Positions 24,001 through 36,738 of a stretch of DNA of 64,000 nt are shown piece by piece. Position numbers and translations under genes: made by a program. Within the stretch, counting starts at the first letter, position 1, and every line of letters starts with the position of its first letter. Origin of the DNA: Mobula hypostoma (lineage: Eukaryota); the NCBI RefSeq assembly GCF_963921235.1, contig NC_086101.1:124001-188000 (forward strand), read 5' to 3'. Below the pieces are notes generated by a model. That model did not search any database. It was not told the origin of the DNA and was given only the letters and a program-made list of their open reading frames with translations.

Positions 24001-25699
24001 TTCTTTCTTTACTAAGGAGGACATAAATAATCTTCCGGAAATAGTAGGGGACAGAGGGTCCAGTGAGATGGAGGAACTGAGGGAAATACATGTTAGTAGG
24101 GAATTGGTGTTAGGTAAATTGAAGGGATTAAAGGCAGATAAATCCCCAGGGCCAGATGGTCTGCATCCCAGAGTGCTTAAGGAAGTAGCCCAAGAAATAG
24201 TGGATGCATTAGTGATAATTTTTCAAAACTCTTTAGATTCTGAACTAGTTCCTGAGGATTGGATGATAGCTAATGTAACCCCGCATTTTAAAAAAGGAAG
24301 GAGAGAGAAACCAGGGAATTATAGACCAGTTAGCCTAACATCGGTGGTGGGGAAACTGTTAGAGTCAGTTATCAAAGATGTGATAACAGCACATTTGGAA
24401 AGCGGTGAAATCATCGGGCAAAGTCAGCATGGATTTGTGAAAGGAAAATCATGTCTGACGAATCTCATAGAATTTTTTGAGGATGTAACTAGTAGAGTGG
24501 ATAGGGGAGAACCAGTGGATGTAGTATATTTGGATTTTCAAAAGGCTTTTGACAAGGTCCCACACAGGAGATTAGTGTGCAAACTTAAAGCACATGGTAT
24601 TGGGGGTAAGGTATTGATGTCGATAGAGAATTGGTTGGCAGACAGGAAGCAAAGAGTGGGAATAAATGGGACTTTTTCAGAATGGCAGGCATGACTAGTG
24701 GGGTGCCGCAAGGCTCAGTACTGGGACCCCAGTTGTTTACAATATATATTAATGACTTAGATGAGGGAATTAAATGCAGCATCTCCAAGTTTGTGGATGA
24801 CACGAAGCTGCGGGGGGGGGTGCAAATGCAGGGTGACTTGGATAGGTTAGGTGCGTGGGCAAATTCATGGCAGATGCAATTTAATGTGGATAAATGTGAG
24901 GTTATCCACTTTGGTGGCAAAAGCAGGAAATCAGATTATTATCTGAATGGTGGCCGATTAGGAAAAGGGGAGGTGCAACGAGACCTAGGTGTCATTATAA
25001 ACCAGTCATTGAAAGTGGGCATGCAGGTACAGCAGGCGGTGAAAAAGGCGAATGATATGCTGGCACTTATAGCAAGAGGATTCGAGTACAGGAGCAGGGA
25101 GGTACCACTGCAGTTGTACAAGGCCTTGGTGAGACCACACCTGGAGTATTGTGTGCAGTTTTGGTCCCCTAATCTGAGGACAGACATCCTTGCCATAGAG
25201 GGAGTACAAAGAAGGTTCACCAGATTGATTCCTGGGATGGCAGGACTTTCATATGATGAAAGACTGGGTGAACTACACTTATACTCGTTGGAATTTAGAA
25301 GATTGAGGGGGATAAAATCTTATTGAAACGGATAAAATCCTAAAGGGATTGAACAGGCTAGATGCAGGAAGATTGTTCCCGATGTTGGGGAAGTCCAGAA
25401 CGAGGGGTCACAGTTTGAAGATAAAGGGGAAGCCTTTTAGGACCGAGATTAGGAAAAACTTCTTCACACAGAGTGGTGAATCTGTGGAATTCTCTGCCAC
25501 AGGAAACAGTTGAGGCCAGTTGATTGGCTATATTTAAGAGGGAGTTAGATATGGCCCTTATGGCTAATGGGATCAGGGGGTACGGAGGGAAGGCTGGTAC
25601 AGGGTTCTGAGTTAGATGATCAGCCATGATCATACTGAATGGCGGTGCAGGCTCGATGGGCCGAATGCCCTACTCCTGCACCTATTTTCTATATTTCTA
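21011..25699 (+). mobile_element. CR1 family A, full length, disrupted
   Basis: CpG-rich 5' UTR; ORF1 from ATG 21395 (CSRC..HICPRC, GDS, HVGTND) to TAG 22304; APE-RT; tail at ~25695. Confidence 0.95.
22484..22768 (-). mobile_element. Solo LTR, 285 bp
   Basis: TGTAGCG...CGCCACA termini, 4-bp TSD AAGG; removal restores the CR1-A sequence; AATAAA on the minus strand. Confidence 0.9.
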
Positions 25700-27664
25700 G
25701 GTCAAAGCCAAAGTTAAAGCAAAGGAGAGGGCATACAAGGAAGCAATAATTAGTGGGGAGACAGAGGATTGGGAAGTTTTTAAAACCTTACAAAAGGAAA
25801 TTAAGAAAGTCATTAAGAGCTAAAAGATTAACTATGAAAGGAAGCGAGCAAATAATATCAAAGAGGATACTAAAAGCTTTTTCAAGTATACAAAGTGTAA
25901 AAGACAAGTGAGTAGATATAGGACGGATAGAAAATGATGCTGGAGAAATTGAAATGGGAGATAGGAAGGTGGCGAAGGAACTGAACGAGTATTTTGCATC
26001 AGTCTTCACTGAGTAAGACATCAGCCATAATTCGGACACTCAAGGGTGGCAGGGAAGAGAAGTGTGCGCAGTCACAATTACGACAGTGAAAGTACTTAGG
26101 AAGCTGAATAGTCTAAAGGCAGAGAAATCTCCTGGAACTGATGGAATGTACCCTTGTGTTCTGGAGGAAGTAGCTGTGGAGATTGCAGAGGCATTAGCGA
26201 TGATCTTTCAAAAGTCGATGGACTCTGGCATGGTTCCGGAGGACTGGAAGATTGCAAATGTCACTCCGCTATTTAAGAAGGAGGCAAGGAAGCTAAAAGG
26301 AAATTATAGACCTGTTAGCTTGACATCAGTGGTTGGGAAGTTGTTGGAGTCGATTGGTTACAGAGTACCTGGAGGCATATGACAAGATAGGCAGAACTCA
26401 GCATGGATTCCTTAAAGGAAAATCCTGCCTGACAGACCTATTACAATATTTGAGGAAATTACCAGTAGGCTAGACAAGGAAGATGCAGTGGATATTGTAT
26501 ATTTGGATTTTGAGAAGGCCTTTGACAAGGTGCCACACATGAGGCTACTTAACAAGATAAGAGTCCATGGAATTGCGGGAAAGTTACATACGTGGATAGA
26601 GCGTTGGCTGATTGGCAGGAAACAGAGAGTGGGAATAAAGGGATCCTCTTCTGGTTGGCTGCCGGTTACCAGTGGTGTTCCACAGGGGTCTGTGTTGGGG
26701 CCGCTTCTTTTTAAATTGTACATCAACGACTTGGGTTATGGCTTTGTGGTTAAGTTGCTGACTATACGAGGATAGGTGGAGGGGCCGGTAGTGCTGAGGA
26801 AGCGGAGAGTCTGCAGAGAGACTTGGATAGATTGGAAGAATGGGCAAAGAAGTGGCAAATGAAATACAATGTTGGAAAGTGTATGGTTATGCACTTTGGC
26901 AGAAGAAATAAACGGACAGACTATTATTTAAATAGGGAAAGAATTCAAAGTTCTGAGATGCAACGGGACTTGGGAATCCTCGTACAGGATATCCTTAAGG
27001 TTAACCTCCAGGTTGAGTCGGTAGTGAAGAAGGCGAATACAATGTTGGCATTCATTACTAGAGGAATAGAGTATAGGAGCAGGGATGTGATGTTGAGGCT
27101 CTATAAGGTGCTGGTGAGACCTCACTTGGAGTACTGTGGGCAGTTTTGGTATCCTTAAGAAAGGATGTGCTGACGTTGGAGTGGGTACAGAGAAGATTCA
27201 CTAGAATGATTCCAGGAATGAGAGGGTTAACACATGAGGAACATTTGTCCACTCTTGGACTGTATTCCTTGGAGTTTAGAAGAATGAGGGGAGACCTCAT
27301 AGAAACATTTCGAATGTTGAAAGGCACGGACAGAGTGGATGTGGCAAAGTTGATTCCCATGATGGGGGAGTCTAGTACGAGAGGGCATGACTTAAGGATT
27401 GAGGTGCACCCATTCAGAACAGAAATGCGAAGAATTTTTTTTAGTCAGAGGGTGGTGATCCCTGGAATTTGTTGCCACGGGCAGCAGTGGAGGCCAAGTC
27501 ATTGGGTGTATTTAAGGCAGAGATTGATAGGTATCTGAGTAGCCAGGGCATCAAAGGTTATGGTGAGAGGCGGGGGAGTGGGACTAAATGGGAGAATGGA
27601 TCAGCTCATGATAAAATGGCGGAGCAGACTCGATGGGCCTACTCCTTTATCTTATGGTCTTATG
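25700..27664 (+). mobile_element. CR1 family D, RT and 3' end
   Basis: Joins 21010 (agaagtc|aaagccaaag); (CTTATGGT)n tail. Confidence 0.9.
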
Positions 27665-29706
27665 GTTATGTTGAAAGGAAAGGTTAAAAGTTTGAGAGAG
27701 CCATGGTTTTCAAGGGATATAGGAAACTTGGTTCGGAAAAACAGAGAGATCTACAATAAATAGAGGCAGGTTGGAGTTAATGAGATGCTCGAGGAATATA
27801 AAAAATCTAAAACAAATCTTATGAAAGAAATTAGAAAAGCTAAAAGAAGATACGAGGCAGCTTTAGCAAGTAAGGTGAAAATCAGTCCAAAGGGTTTCTA
27901 CAGTTATATAAATAGCAAAAGGATATTGAGGGATGAAAATGATCCCTAAGAGAATCAGTGGCCGGCTATGTGTGGAGCCAAAAGAGATGGGGGAGATTTT
28001 GAACAATTTATTTTCTTCGTTATTCACTGAGGAGAAGGATATTGAACTGTGTAAGGTAAAGGAAAAATGAAGGGTGGTTATGGAAAGTATGACGATAAAG
28101 GAAGTGGAAGTACTGGTGCTTTTAAGGAATATAAAAGTGGATAAGTCTCCGGGTCCGGACAAGATATTCCCTGAGTCCTTGAGGGAAGTCAGTGTGGAAG
28201 TCGCAGGGGCTCTGACAGAAATATTTCAAATGTCATTAGAAACGGGGATGGTGCCGGATGATTGGTGTGTTGCTCATGTGGTTCCATTGTTTATAAAGGG
28301 TTCCAAGAGTAAACCTAGCAATTATCGGCCTGTGAGTTTGACGTCACAGTGGGTAAATTGATGGAAAGCATTCTTAGAGATGGTGTATATAATTATCTGG
28401 ATAGACAGGGTCTGATTAGGAACAGTCAACATGGATTTGTGTGTGGATGGTCATGTCTGACAAATCTTATTGAATTTTTTGATGAGGTTACTAGGAAAGT
28501 TGACGAGGGTAAAGTGGTGGATGTTGTCTATATGGACTTCAGGAAGGCCTTTGACAAGGTTCCACACGGAAGGTTAGTTAGGAAGGTTCAATCGTTAGGC
28601 ATTAATATCGAAGTAGTAAAATGGATTCAGCAGTGGCTGGATGGAAGACGCCAGAGAGCAGAGGTGGATAACTGTGTGTCAGATTGGAGGACAGTGTGTA
28701 GCGGTGTGCCTCAAGGATCTGTACTGGGTCCAATGTTGTTTATCATATATATTAATGATCTGGATGATGGGGTGATAAATTGGATTAGTAAGTATGCAGA
28801 TGATACTAAGATCAGTGGCGTTGTGGATAATGAAGGAGGTTTTCAAAACTTGCCGAGAGATTTAGGCCAGTTAGAAGAGTGGGCTGAAAGGTGGCAGATG
28901 GAGTTTAATGCTGAAAAGTGAGGTGCTACGTTTTGGTACAACTAATCAAAATAGGACATACATGCTAAATGGTAGGCCTTTGAAGAATGCTGTAGAACAG
29001 AGGGATCTAGGAATAATGGTGCATAGTTCTCTGAAGGTGGAATCTCCTGTGGGTAGGGTGGTGAAGAAAGCTTTTGGTATGCTAGCTTTTATTAATCAGA
29101 GCACAGAGTATAGGATTTGGGATGTAATGTTGAAATTGTACAAGGCATTGGTCAGGCCAAATTTGGAGTACTGTGTACAGATCTGGTCACCAAATTATAG
29201 GAAAGATGTCAATAAAATTGAGAGAGTACAGAGGAAGTTTATTAAAATGTTGCCTGGGTTTCATCTCCTACGTTACAGAGAAAAGTTGAACAAATTAGGT
29301 CTTTATTCTTTGTAGCGTAGAAGGTTGAGGGGGGACTTGATACAGGTGTTTAAAATTATGAGGGGGATTGATAGAGTTGACGCGGATAGGCTTTTTCCAT
29401 TAAGAGTGGGGGAGATTCAAACAAGAGGACATGAGTTGAGAGTTAAAGGGCAAAAGTTTAGGGGTAACATGAGGGGGAACTTCTTTACTCAGAGAGTGGT
29501 GGCTGTGTGGAACGAGCTTACAGCAGAAGTGGTTGAGACAGGTTCGATGTTGTCATTTAAAGTTAAATTGGATAGATATATGGACAGGAAGGAAATGGAG
29601 GGTTATGGACCGAGTGCAGGTCGTGGGATTAGGTGAGAGTAGGAGATTGGCATAGACTAGAAGGGCCGAGATGGCCTGTTTCTGTGCAGTAATTGTTATA
29701 TGTTAT
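27665..29706 (+). mobile_element. CR1 family E, piece 3 (RT, 3' end)
   Basis: KYADDTK; (GTTATAT)n tail. Confidence 0.9.
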
Positions 29707-30150
29707 AAGTTCATTCTTCCATAAATATCATCTGCCTTTTCTCTATCAATAACACTCTATTACAACATCTTTATTTAACTGTGCTTTCCTAACATTATAT
29801 TCCAAACGTAACACTGATTCCAATGTCATTCAACCCTTCCGAATTCCACTCTGATGAAACCCGAAATGAACTCTTATATCCAAAATATAATTCAAACGCT
29901 CTTATAACCCTACGTTGCTTACTTTACATAAATGAGATGTTAATGATATTAGCCTATATCCAGAAGCTGGGAACTCCCAGGTTTTAGGACAGACACTACT
30001 ACAACCATTTTCCATGAGGAAGGAAGATTGTCAAGCTTCCAAGTACAATTGAGAAATTTTAACATGATCTCAAGAGATTTGACAGTCATCAGTCTGATCA
30101 TACAATAACGTATATCATCCTATCTTAGAAGCGTCTGACCTGCCAATATT
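29707..30150 (-). mobile_element. Old Nimb/I-clade LINE, RT fragment
   Basis: Decayed LPSSWK..LKPG..YRLISLTSHLCK..HQSG.RKG; homologous to 46740-47070. Confidence 0.75.
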
Positions 30151-31746
30151 AGACCATAAGACCAAAAGACAAAAGAGCAGAACTTGGCCATTCGGCCCAT
30201 CGAGTCTGCTCCGCCATTTTATCATGAGCTCCCATTTAGTCCCAGTCCCCCGCCTTCTTACCATAACCTGTGATGCCCTGGTTACTCAGATACCTAACAA
30301 TCCTTGCCTTAAATACACCCAATGACTTGGACTCCACTGAAGCCCGTGGCAACAAATTCCATAGATTCACCACCCTCTGACTAAAAAAACTTCTTCGCAT
30401 TTCTGTTCTGAATGGGCGCCCTTCAATCGTTACATCATGCCCTCTCGTACTAGACTCCCATATCATGGGAAACAACTTTGCCACATCCACTCTGTCCATG
30501 CCTTTTAACATTTGAAATGTTTCTGAGGTCCCCCCTCATTCTTCTAAACTCCAAGGAATACAGTCCAAGAGCGGACAAATGTTCCTCAAATGTTAACCCT
30601 TTCATTCCCGGAATCATTCTAGTGAATCTTCTCTGTACCCACTCCAACGTCAGCACATCCTTTCTTAAATAAGGAGACCAAAACTGCCCACAGTTCTCCA
30701 AGTGAGGTCACACCAGTGCCTGAAAGAGCCTCAGCATCACATCCCTGCTCCTATACTCTATTCCTCTAGAAATGAATGCCAACATTGCATTCGCCTTCTT
30801 CACTACCGACCCAACCTGGAGGTTAATCTGAAGGGTATCCTGTGCGAGGACTCCCAAGTCCCATTGCATCTCAGAACTTTGAATTCTTTCCCCATTTAAA
30901 TAATAGTCTGCCCACTTATTTTTTCTGCCAAAGTGCATAACCATACACTTTCCAACATTGTATTTCATTTGTCACTTCTTTGCCCATTCTTCCAATCTAT
31001 CCAAGTCTCTCTGCAGACTCTCTGTTTCCTCAGCACTACCGGCCCCTCCACCTATCTCGTAGCGTCAGCAAACTTGCCCACAAAGCCATCTATTCCATAA
31101 TCCAAATTGTTGATGTACAATGTAAAAAGAAGCGGCCGCAACGCAGTCCCCTGTGGAACACCACTGGTAACTGGCAGCCAACCAGAATAGGATCCCTTTA
31201 TTCCCACTCTCTGTTTCCTGCCAATCAGCCAACACTGTATCCACGTATGTATCTTTCCCGTAATTCCATGGGCTCTTATCTTGTTAAGTAGCCTCATGTG
31301 TGGCACCTTGTGAAAGGCCTTCTGAAAATCCAATTATACAACATCTACCGCATCTCCCTTGTGTAGCCTACTGGTAATTTCCTCAAAAATTGTAATAGGT
31401 TTGTCAAGCAGGATTTTCCTTTAAAGATTCCATGCTGAGTTCTGCCTATCTTGTCATATGCCTTCAGGTACTCTGTAACCTCATCCTTGACCATCGATTC
31501 CAACAACTTCCCAACCACCGATGTCAAGCTAAAAGGTCTATAATTTCCTTTTTGCTTCCTTGCCACCTTGTTAAATACTGGTGTGACATTTACTATCTTC
31601 CAGTCCTCTGGAACCATGCCAGAATCTATCACTCATTCCTCCACAATCTCCACAGCTACTTTCTTCAGAACACGAGAGTGCATTCCATCTGGTCCGGGAG
31701 ATTTATCTACCTGTTGGCTATTGAACTTCCTGAGTACTATCTCTGT

Positions 31747-32445
31747 CGGAATTGACAATAAACTGGACTGGTCTAAGAACACTGAGGCTGTCTGCAAGAT
31801 GGGTCAGAGCCGTCTCTATTTCCTGAGGAGACTGAGGTCCTTTAACATCTGCCGGATGATGCTGAGGATGTTCTACGAGTCTGTGGTGGCCAGTGCTATC
31901 ATGTTTGCTGTTGTGTGCTGGGGCAGCAGGCTGAGGATTGCAGACACCAACAGAATCAACATACTCATTCGTAAGGCCAGTGATGTTGTGGGGATGGAAC
32001 TGGACTCTCTCACGGTGGTGTCTGAAAAGAGGATGCTGTCAAGTTGCATGCCATCTTGGTCAATGTCTCCCATCCACTACATGATGTACTGGGTGGGCAC
32101 AGGAGTACATTCAGCCAGAGACTCATTCCACCAAGATGCAGCACAGAGCGTCATAGGAAGTCATTCCTGCCTATTGTCATCAAACTTTACAACTCCTCCC
32201 TTGGAGGGTCAGACACCCTGAGCCGATAGGCTGGTCCTGGACTTATTTCATAATTTACTGGTGTAATTTACATATTACTATTTAACTATTTATTAATATT
32301 TTTCTATTGCTATTCTATTACTATTTATTATTTCCATGACTATACTATTTACTAATAGTAGTATTACTATTTCTATTAGTATTTATTATTTATGGTGCAA
32401 CTGTAACAAAAACCAGTTTCCCCCGGGATCAATGAAGTATGACTA
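31747..32445 (+). mobile_element. Rex1/Babar 3' fragment
   Basis: IDNKLDW..SRLYFLRRLRSFN; TATGAC tail. Confidence 0.87.
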
Positions 32446-34745
32446 TGTGACTGCGCACATTTCTCTTTCCTGCCACCCTTGCGTGTCCGGTATACTGCTG
32501 ATGTCTTCCTCACTGAAGACTGATGCAAAATACTCGTTCAGTTCCTCCGCTATCTCCTTACCTCCCATTACAATTTCTCCAGCATCATTTTCTATTGGTC
32601 CTATATCTACTCTCACCTGTCTTTTACTGTTTATACACTTGAAAAAGCTTTCAGTATCCTCTGACATTATTTGATAGCTTCCTTTCACAGTTAATCTTTC
32701 CCCTCTTAATGACCTTCTTAGTTTCCTTTTCTAAGCGCTTAAAAACTTCCCAGTCCTCTGTCTTCCCACTAATTTTTGCTTCCTTGTATGCCCTCTCCTT
32801 TGCTTTAACTTTGGCTTTGACTTCTCTTGTCAACCACGGTTGCATCTTTTTTCCATTCAAAAATTTCTTCATTTTTGGAATATTCCTGTCTTGCACCTTC
32901 CTCACTTCTTGCATAAACTCCAGCCACTGCTCCTCTGCCGTCTTTCCCGCCAGCGTCCCTTTCCAGTCAACTTTGGCCAGTTCCCCTCTCATGCCACTGT
33001 AATTTCCTTTACTCCACTGAAACACCGACACATCGGATTTCGGCTTCTCTTTTTCAAATTTCACAGTGAATTCAATCATGTTATGATCACTGCCTCCTAA
33101 GGGTTCCTTCACCTCAATCTCTCTAATCACCTCCGGTTCATTACACAATACCCAATCCAGTACAGCTGATCCCCTAATAGGCTCAACAACAAGCTGCTCT
33201 AAAAAGCCATCTCGCAGACATTCGACAAATTCTCTCTCTTGAGATCCAGTGCCGACATGATTTTCCCAATCCACTCGCATGTTAAAATCCCCCACGATTA
33301 TCATAACACTACCCTTCTGACAAGCCTTTTCTATTTTCTGTTGTAAGTTGTAGTCCACATCACTGCAGCTGTTTGGAGGCCTATAAATAACTGCCATCAG
33401 GGTCCTTTTACCCCTGTGATTCCTTAGCTCCACCCATAAAGATTCTGCACCTTCCGATCCGATATCACATCTTTCTAATGATTTAATATTATTTCTTACC
33501 AATAAAGCCACGCTTCCCCCTCTGCCTACCTTCCTATCCTTCCGATACACGGTGTATCCTTGGACGTACAGCTCCCAGAGACATGCATCCTTTAGCCACG
33601 TCTCAGTGATGACCACAATATCATACCTGTCAATCTGTAGCTGTATGACAAGATCATCCACCTTATTCCTTATGCTGCGTGCATTTAAGTATAACACCTT
33701 AAGACCAGTATTTGGTACTTTTTGCTTTGATTTCACTGCAACTTTATTGCACTACAACTTATCCCAATGGATACCAATTTGCCCCATCACCTGCCTGTCT
33801 TTCCTGACATTTTTACTGCTCACCATCTTAGATTTATTTCTGTTTTCCCCTTCCTCCACTCTGTCATTCTGGTTCCCATCCCCCTGCCAAATTAGTTTAA
33901 ACCTTCCCTACCAGCTCTATTAAACTTTCCCGCCAGGATATTGGTCCCCTTCGGGTTCAGGTGTAACCTGTCCTTTTTGGACAGGTCATACTTCCTCCAG
34001 AAGAGATCCCAATTATCCAAGAATCTGAAGCCCTACCCCCTGCACCAGTCTCTCAGCCACGCATTCATCTGCCTGATCCTACTATTCTTGCCCTCGCTAG
34101 CATGTGGCACAGGTAGCCATCCCGAGATCACTACCCTGGAGGTCCTGCTTCTCAGCTTCCTTCCTAACTCCCAGAAATCTCACTTCAGGACCTCCTCCTT
34201 TGTCCTATCTATGTCATTGGTACCAACATGTATCAAAAGAACTGGCTGCTCCCCCTCCACCTTCAGAATATTCTGGACCCGATCCGAGATATCCCGTACC
34301 CTGGCACCTGGGAGGCAGCACACCATGCTGGTATCTCTATCAGGCTCACAGATCTCCTGTCCGTTCCCCTGACTCTGGAATCCCCTATGACTACTGCATT
34401 CCTCTTCTCCCTCCTTCTCTCCTGCACAACAGCGCCTGGCTCAGTGCCAGAGACCCGGTCACCGTGGGCGTCCCCTGTCAGGTCATCCCCCTCAACAGCA
34501 TCCAGAACAAGATATTTGTCGCTGAGGGGGACAGCCACAGGTGTGCTCTCCACTATCTGGGCATTTCCCTTCCCTCTCTTGACAGTGACCCAGTTTTCTG
34601 ACCCCTGTAGCCTAGGGATGACTACCTCCCTGTAGCTCCTTTCTATCACCTCCTCACTTTCCCTGATAAGCAGTAGGTCATCAGGCTGCAGCTCCAGATC
34701 CCTAACACGGTCTCTGAGGAGCTGCATCTCGGTGCACCTGGCACA

Positions 34746-35030
34746 GATAGACAATAGACAATATGTGCAGAAGTAGATCATTCGGCCCTTCGAGCCTGCA
34801 CCGCCATTCTGAGATCATGGCTGATCATCTACTACCAATACCCGGTTCATGCCTTGTCCCCATAACCCTTGATTCCCCTATCCATAAGATACCTATCTAG
34901 CTCCTTCTTGAAAGCATCCAGAGACTTGGCCTCCACTGCCTTCTGAGGCAGTGCGTTCCACACCTCCATAACTCTCTGGGAGAAGAAGTTCCTCCTCAAC
35001 TCTGTTCTAAATGACCTACCCCTTAATCAT
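34746..35030 (-). mobile_element. CR1 family F 3' fragment inside the ORF1 zinc finger
   Basis: Same hairpin and (TATTGTC)n tail as 11895-11952. Confidence 0.8.
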
Positions 35031-35524
35031 CAGGGAGGCTGGAGGACTCCCAGGATTCCCACATCTGACACCCTGAACAGAGCACTAACCCTGCAGGCAT
35101 GCTATCTAATTCTACAGGAATGAAACAGGAAAAATAAGTCTACTCACCCACTTACCTTGACAAACGGACTAACCTTTTAAACCGTTAACTAGTACAGTTC
35201 CCTATGAGAGCTCTGCTGTACCTGTCTGTCCGGGCCGATTTGTGAAAGGGGCGGGGGGAGAAAAAAAGAGTTGGTGCTTCGCTCTCACCTCTTCCTGTTT
35301 ACTGCCGAAGCCCGTTGAAGCCAAAGCCCTACACTCTGCTACCGCTCACTCCGCTGCCGGCTGTATAGGGTGCTCTCTGTTTTAAACTCTCTGCGTTGTC
35401 CTGTTGACGTCACGCGCCTGCACAGTCTCATCCTTCTTGCACTCGAAGTTTTTAAAAAAACTGCTTTCCTTCAGAATTCAGCTCCCATGACGCTCTGTAG
35501 TCCCGATCCAAAAGTTCCTAAACA

Positions 35525-36330
35525 CCTTATTTCTCTCCCTACTTGCCTCTCCACACTCCTCAGTCCACTATGGTACAGCATTTCTCCTACTAATTCTGTT
35601 TGTAATGGGAATCATTTCCAGCGCAGTTTGCTGAATAACATGAAATAAACTTTCACTGCAAAAATACACATCTTCCTCAACATTCTGTAGCAGTTCCAGA
35701 ACTACTATAAGCAGTAAATCTCGTAGCCATTCAGATACACAAGTTGAAAAGCTCTGCTACAATCAAACCATGAGCATTTTTCCACAAACAACACCACAGT
35801 GAACAATGTGCATTAAAATTCCCACATGTACTTTCTCACAAATCAACAGCAAGTTTTCCACAAGGGTTGTAAAAACTAACCACTTTTATACAGCTACCTG
35901 TTGAATGAACCATTTCTACTACAATGTCCTCATACGTTTCATTCACATTCACAACTCTATACCCTGTCCCTTTCATTATAAAACTGGCAACACCAATCCT
36001 CTACCAATTTAGCCATCACGCCTAACAGTAATGAACAGAAAAAAAATAGTCTGCAAATAGCTAGGTTTCCTGAATACACAAAACATCAGGAGAACCTGAC
36101 AAATCAGAAATAAGCTTCTTAAAGTCTTGACCATTAGAATATTTTAATCACACTGCGAAATCTTTAATCCCATTATGTACCTTCACAAGTGGATACTCCA
36201 CCCATTAGAGCTTCATTTACAGCTTCCCACATAACACGAGTAACAATAAGATACCTTTCTGCAGCTAACACAATAATTTCAATTTCCTTAGCCTATCTTC
36301 TTTTGTTTAAGGCATTCGTTAGTCTCATGA
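35525..36330 (-). mobile_element. Old Nimb/I-clade LINE, endonuclease fragment
   Basis: Reverse strand CGNFNAH (GDFNAH motif) at ~35810; probably the same copy as 29707-30150. Confidence 0.55.
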
Positions 36331-36335
36331 CACCA

Positions 36336-36388
36336 TGGATTTGCGCCTTGGAAGGTTTCCAGGGCACAGGCCTGGGCAAGATTGTAAA
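36336..36388. mobile_element. Short RTE-like fragment
   Basis: ggatttgcgccttggaaggtttccagggc.caggcctgggcaag, recalled as an RTE-type repeat. Confidence 0.35.
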
Positions 36389-36738
36389 AGATCCTCTTTA
36401 GAGTCCGTATGGGTGGAAGTCAGGAACAGGAAGGGAGCAGTTACTCTACTGGAGGTATTCTACAGTCCCCCTGGTAGCAGCAGAGATGCAGAGGAGCAGA
36501 TTGGGAGACAGATTTTGGAAAGGTGCAAAAATAACAGGGTTGTTATCATGGGTGACTTTAACTTGCGTAATTTGATTGGCACCTGATTAGTTCCAAGGGT
36601 TTAGATGGGGCAGAGTTTGTTAAGTGTGTCCAGGACGGATTCCTGTCACAGTACGTGGACAGGCCGACCGGGGGAATGCCATACTAGATCTAGTTCTAAG
36701 TAATGAACCAGGTCAGGTCACAGATCTCTCAGTGTGTG

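Larger units (their letters stand above)
30151..35520 (-). mobile_element. CR1 family D, full length, disrupted
   Basis: 5' UTR ~35200-35520, esterase ORF1, APE ORF 32651-33736, RT, tail at 30151. Confidence 0.93.

Noticed and set aside
29851..29866. CTGATGA...GAAA hammerhead-like string
   Set aside because: No stem II pairing; it is the antisense of Nimb RT codons.
32285..32390. AT-rich low-complexity stretch
   Set aside because: Slippage expansion of the Rex 3' UTR.
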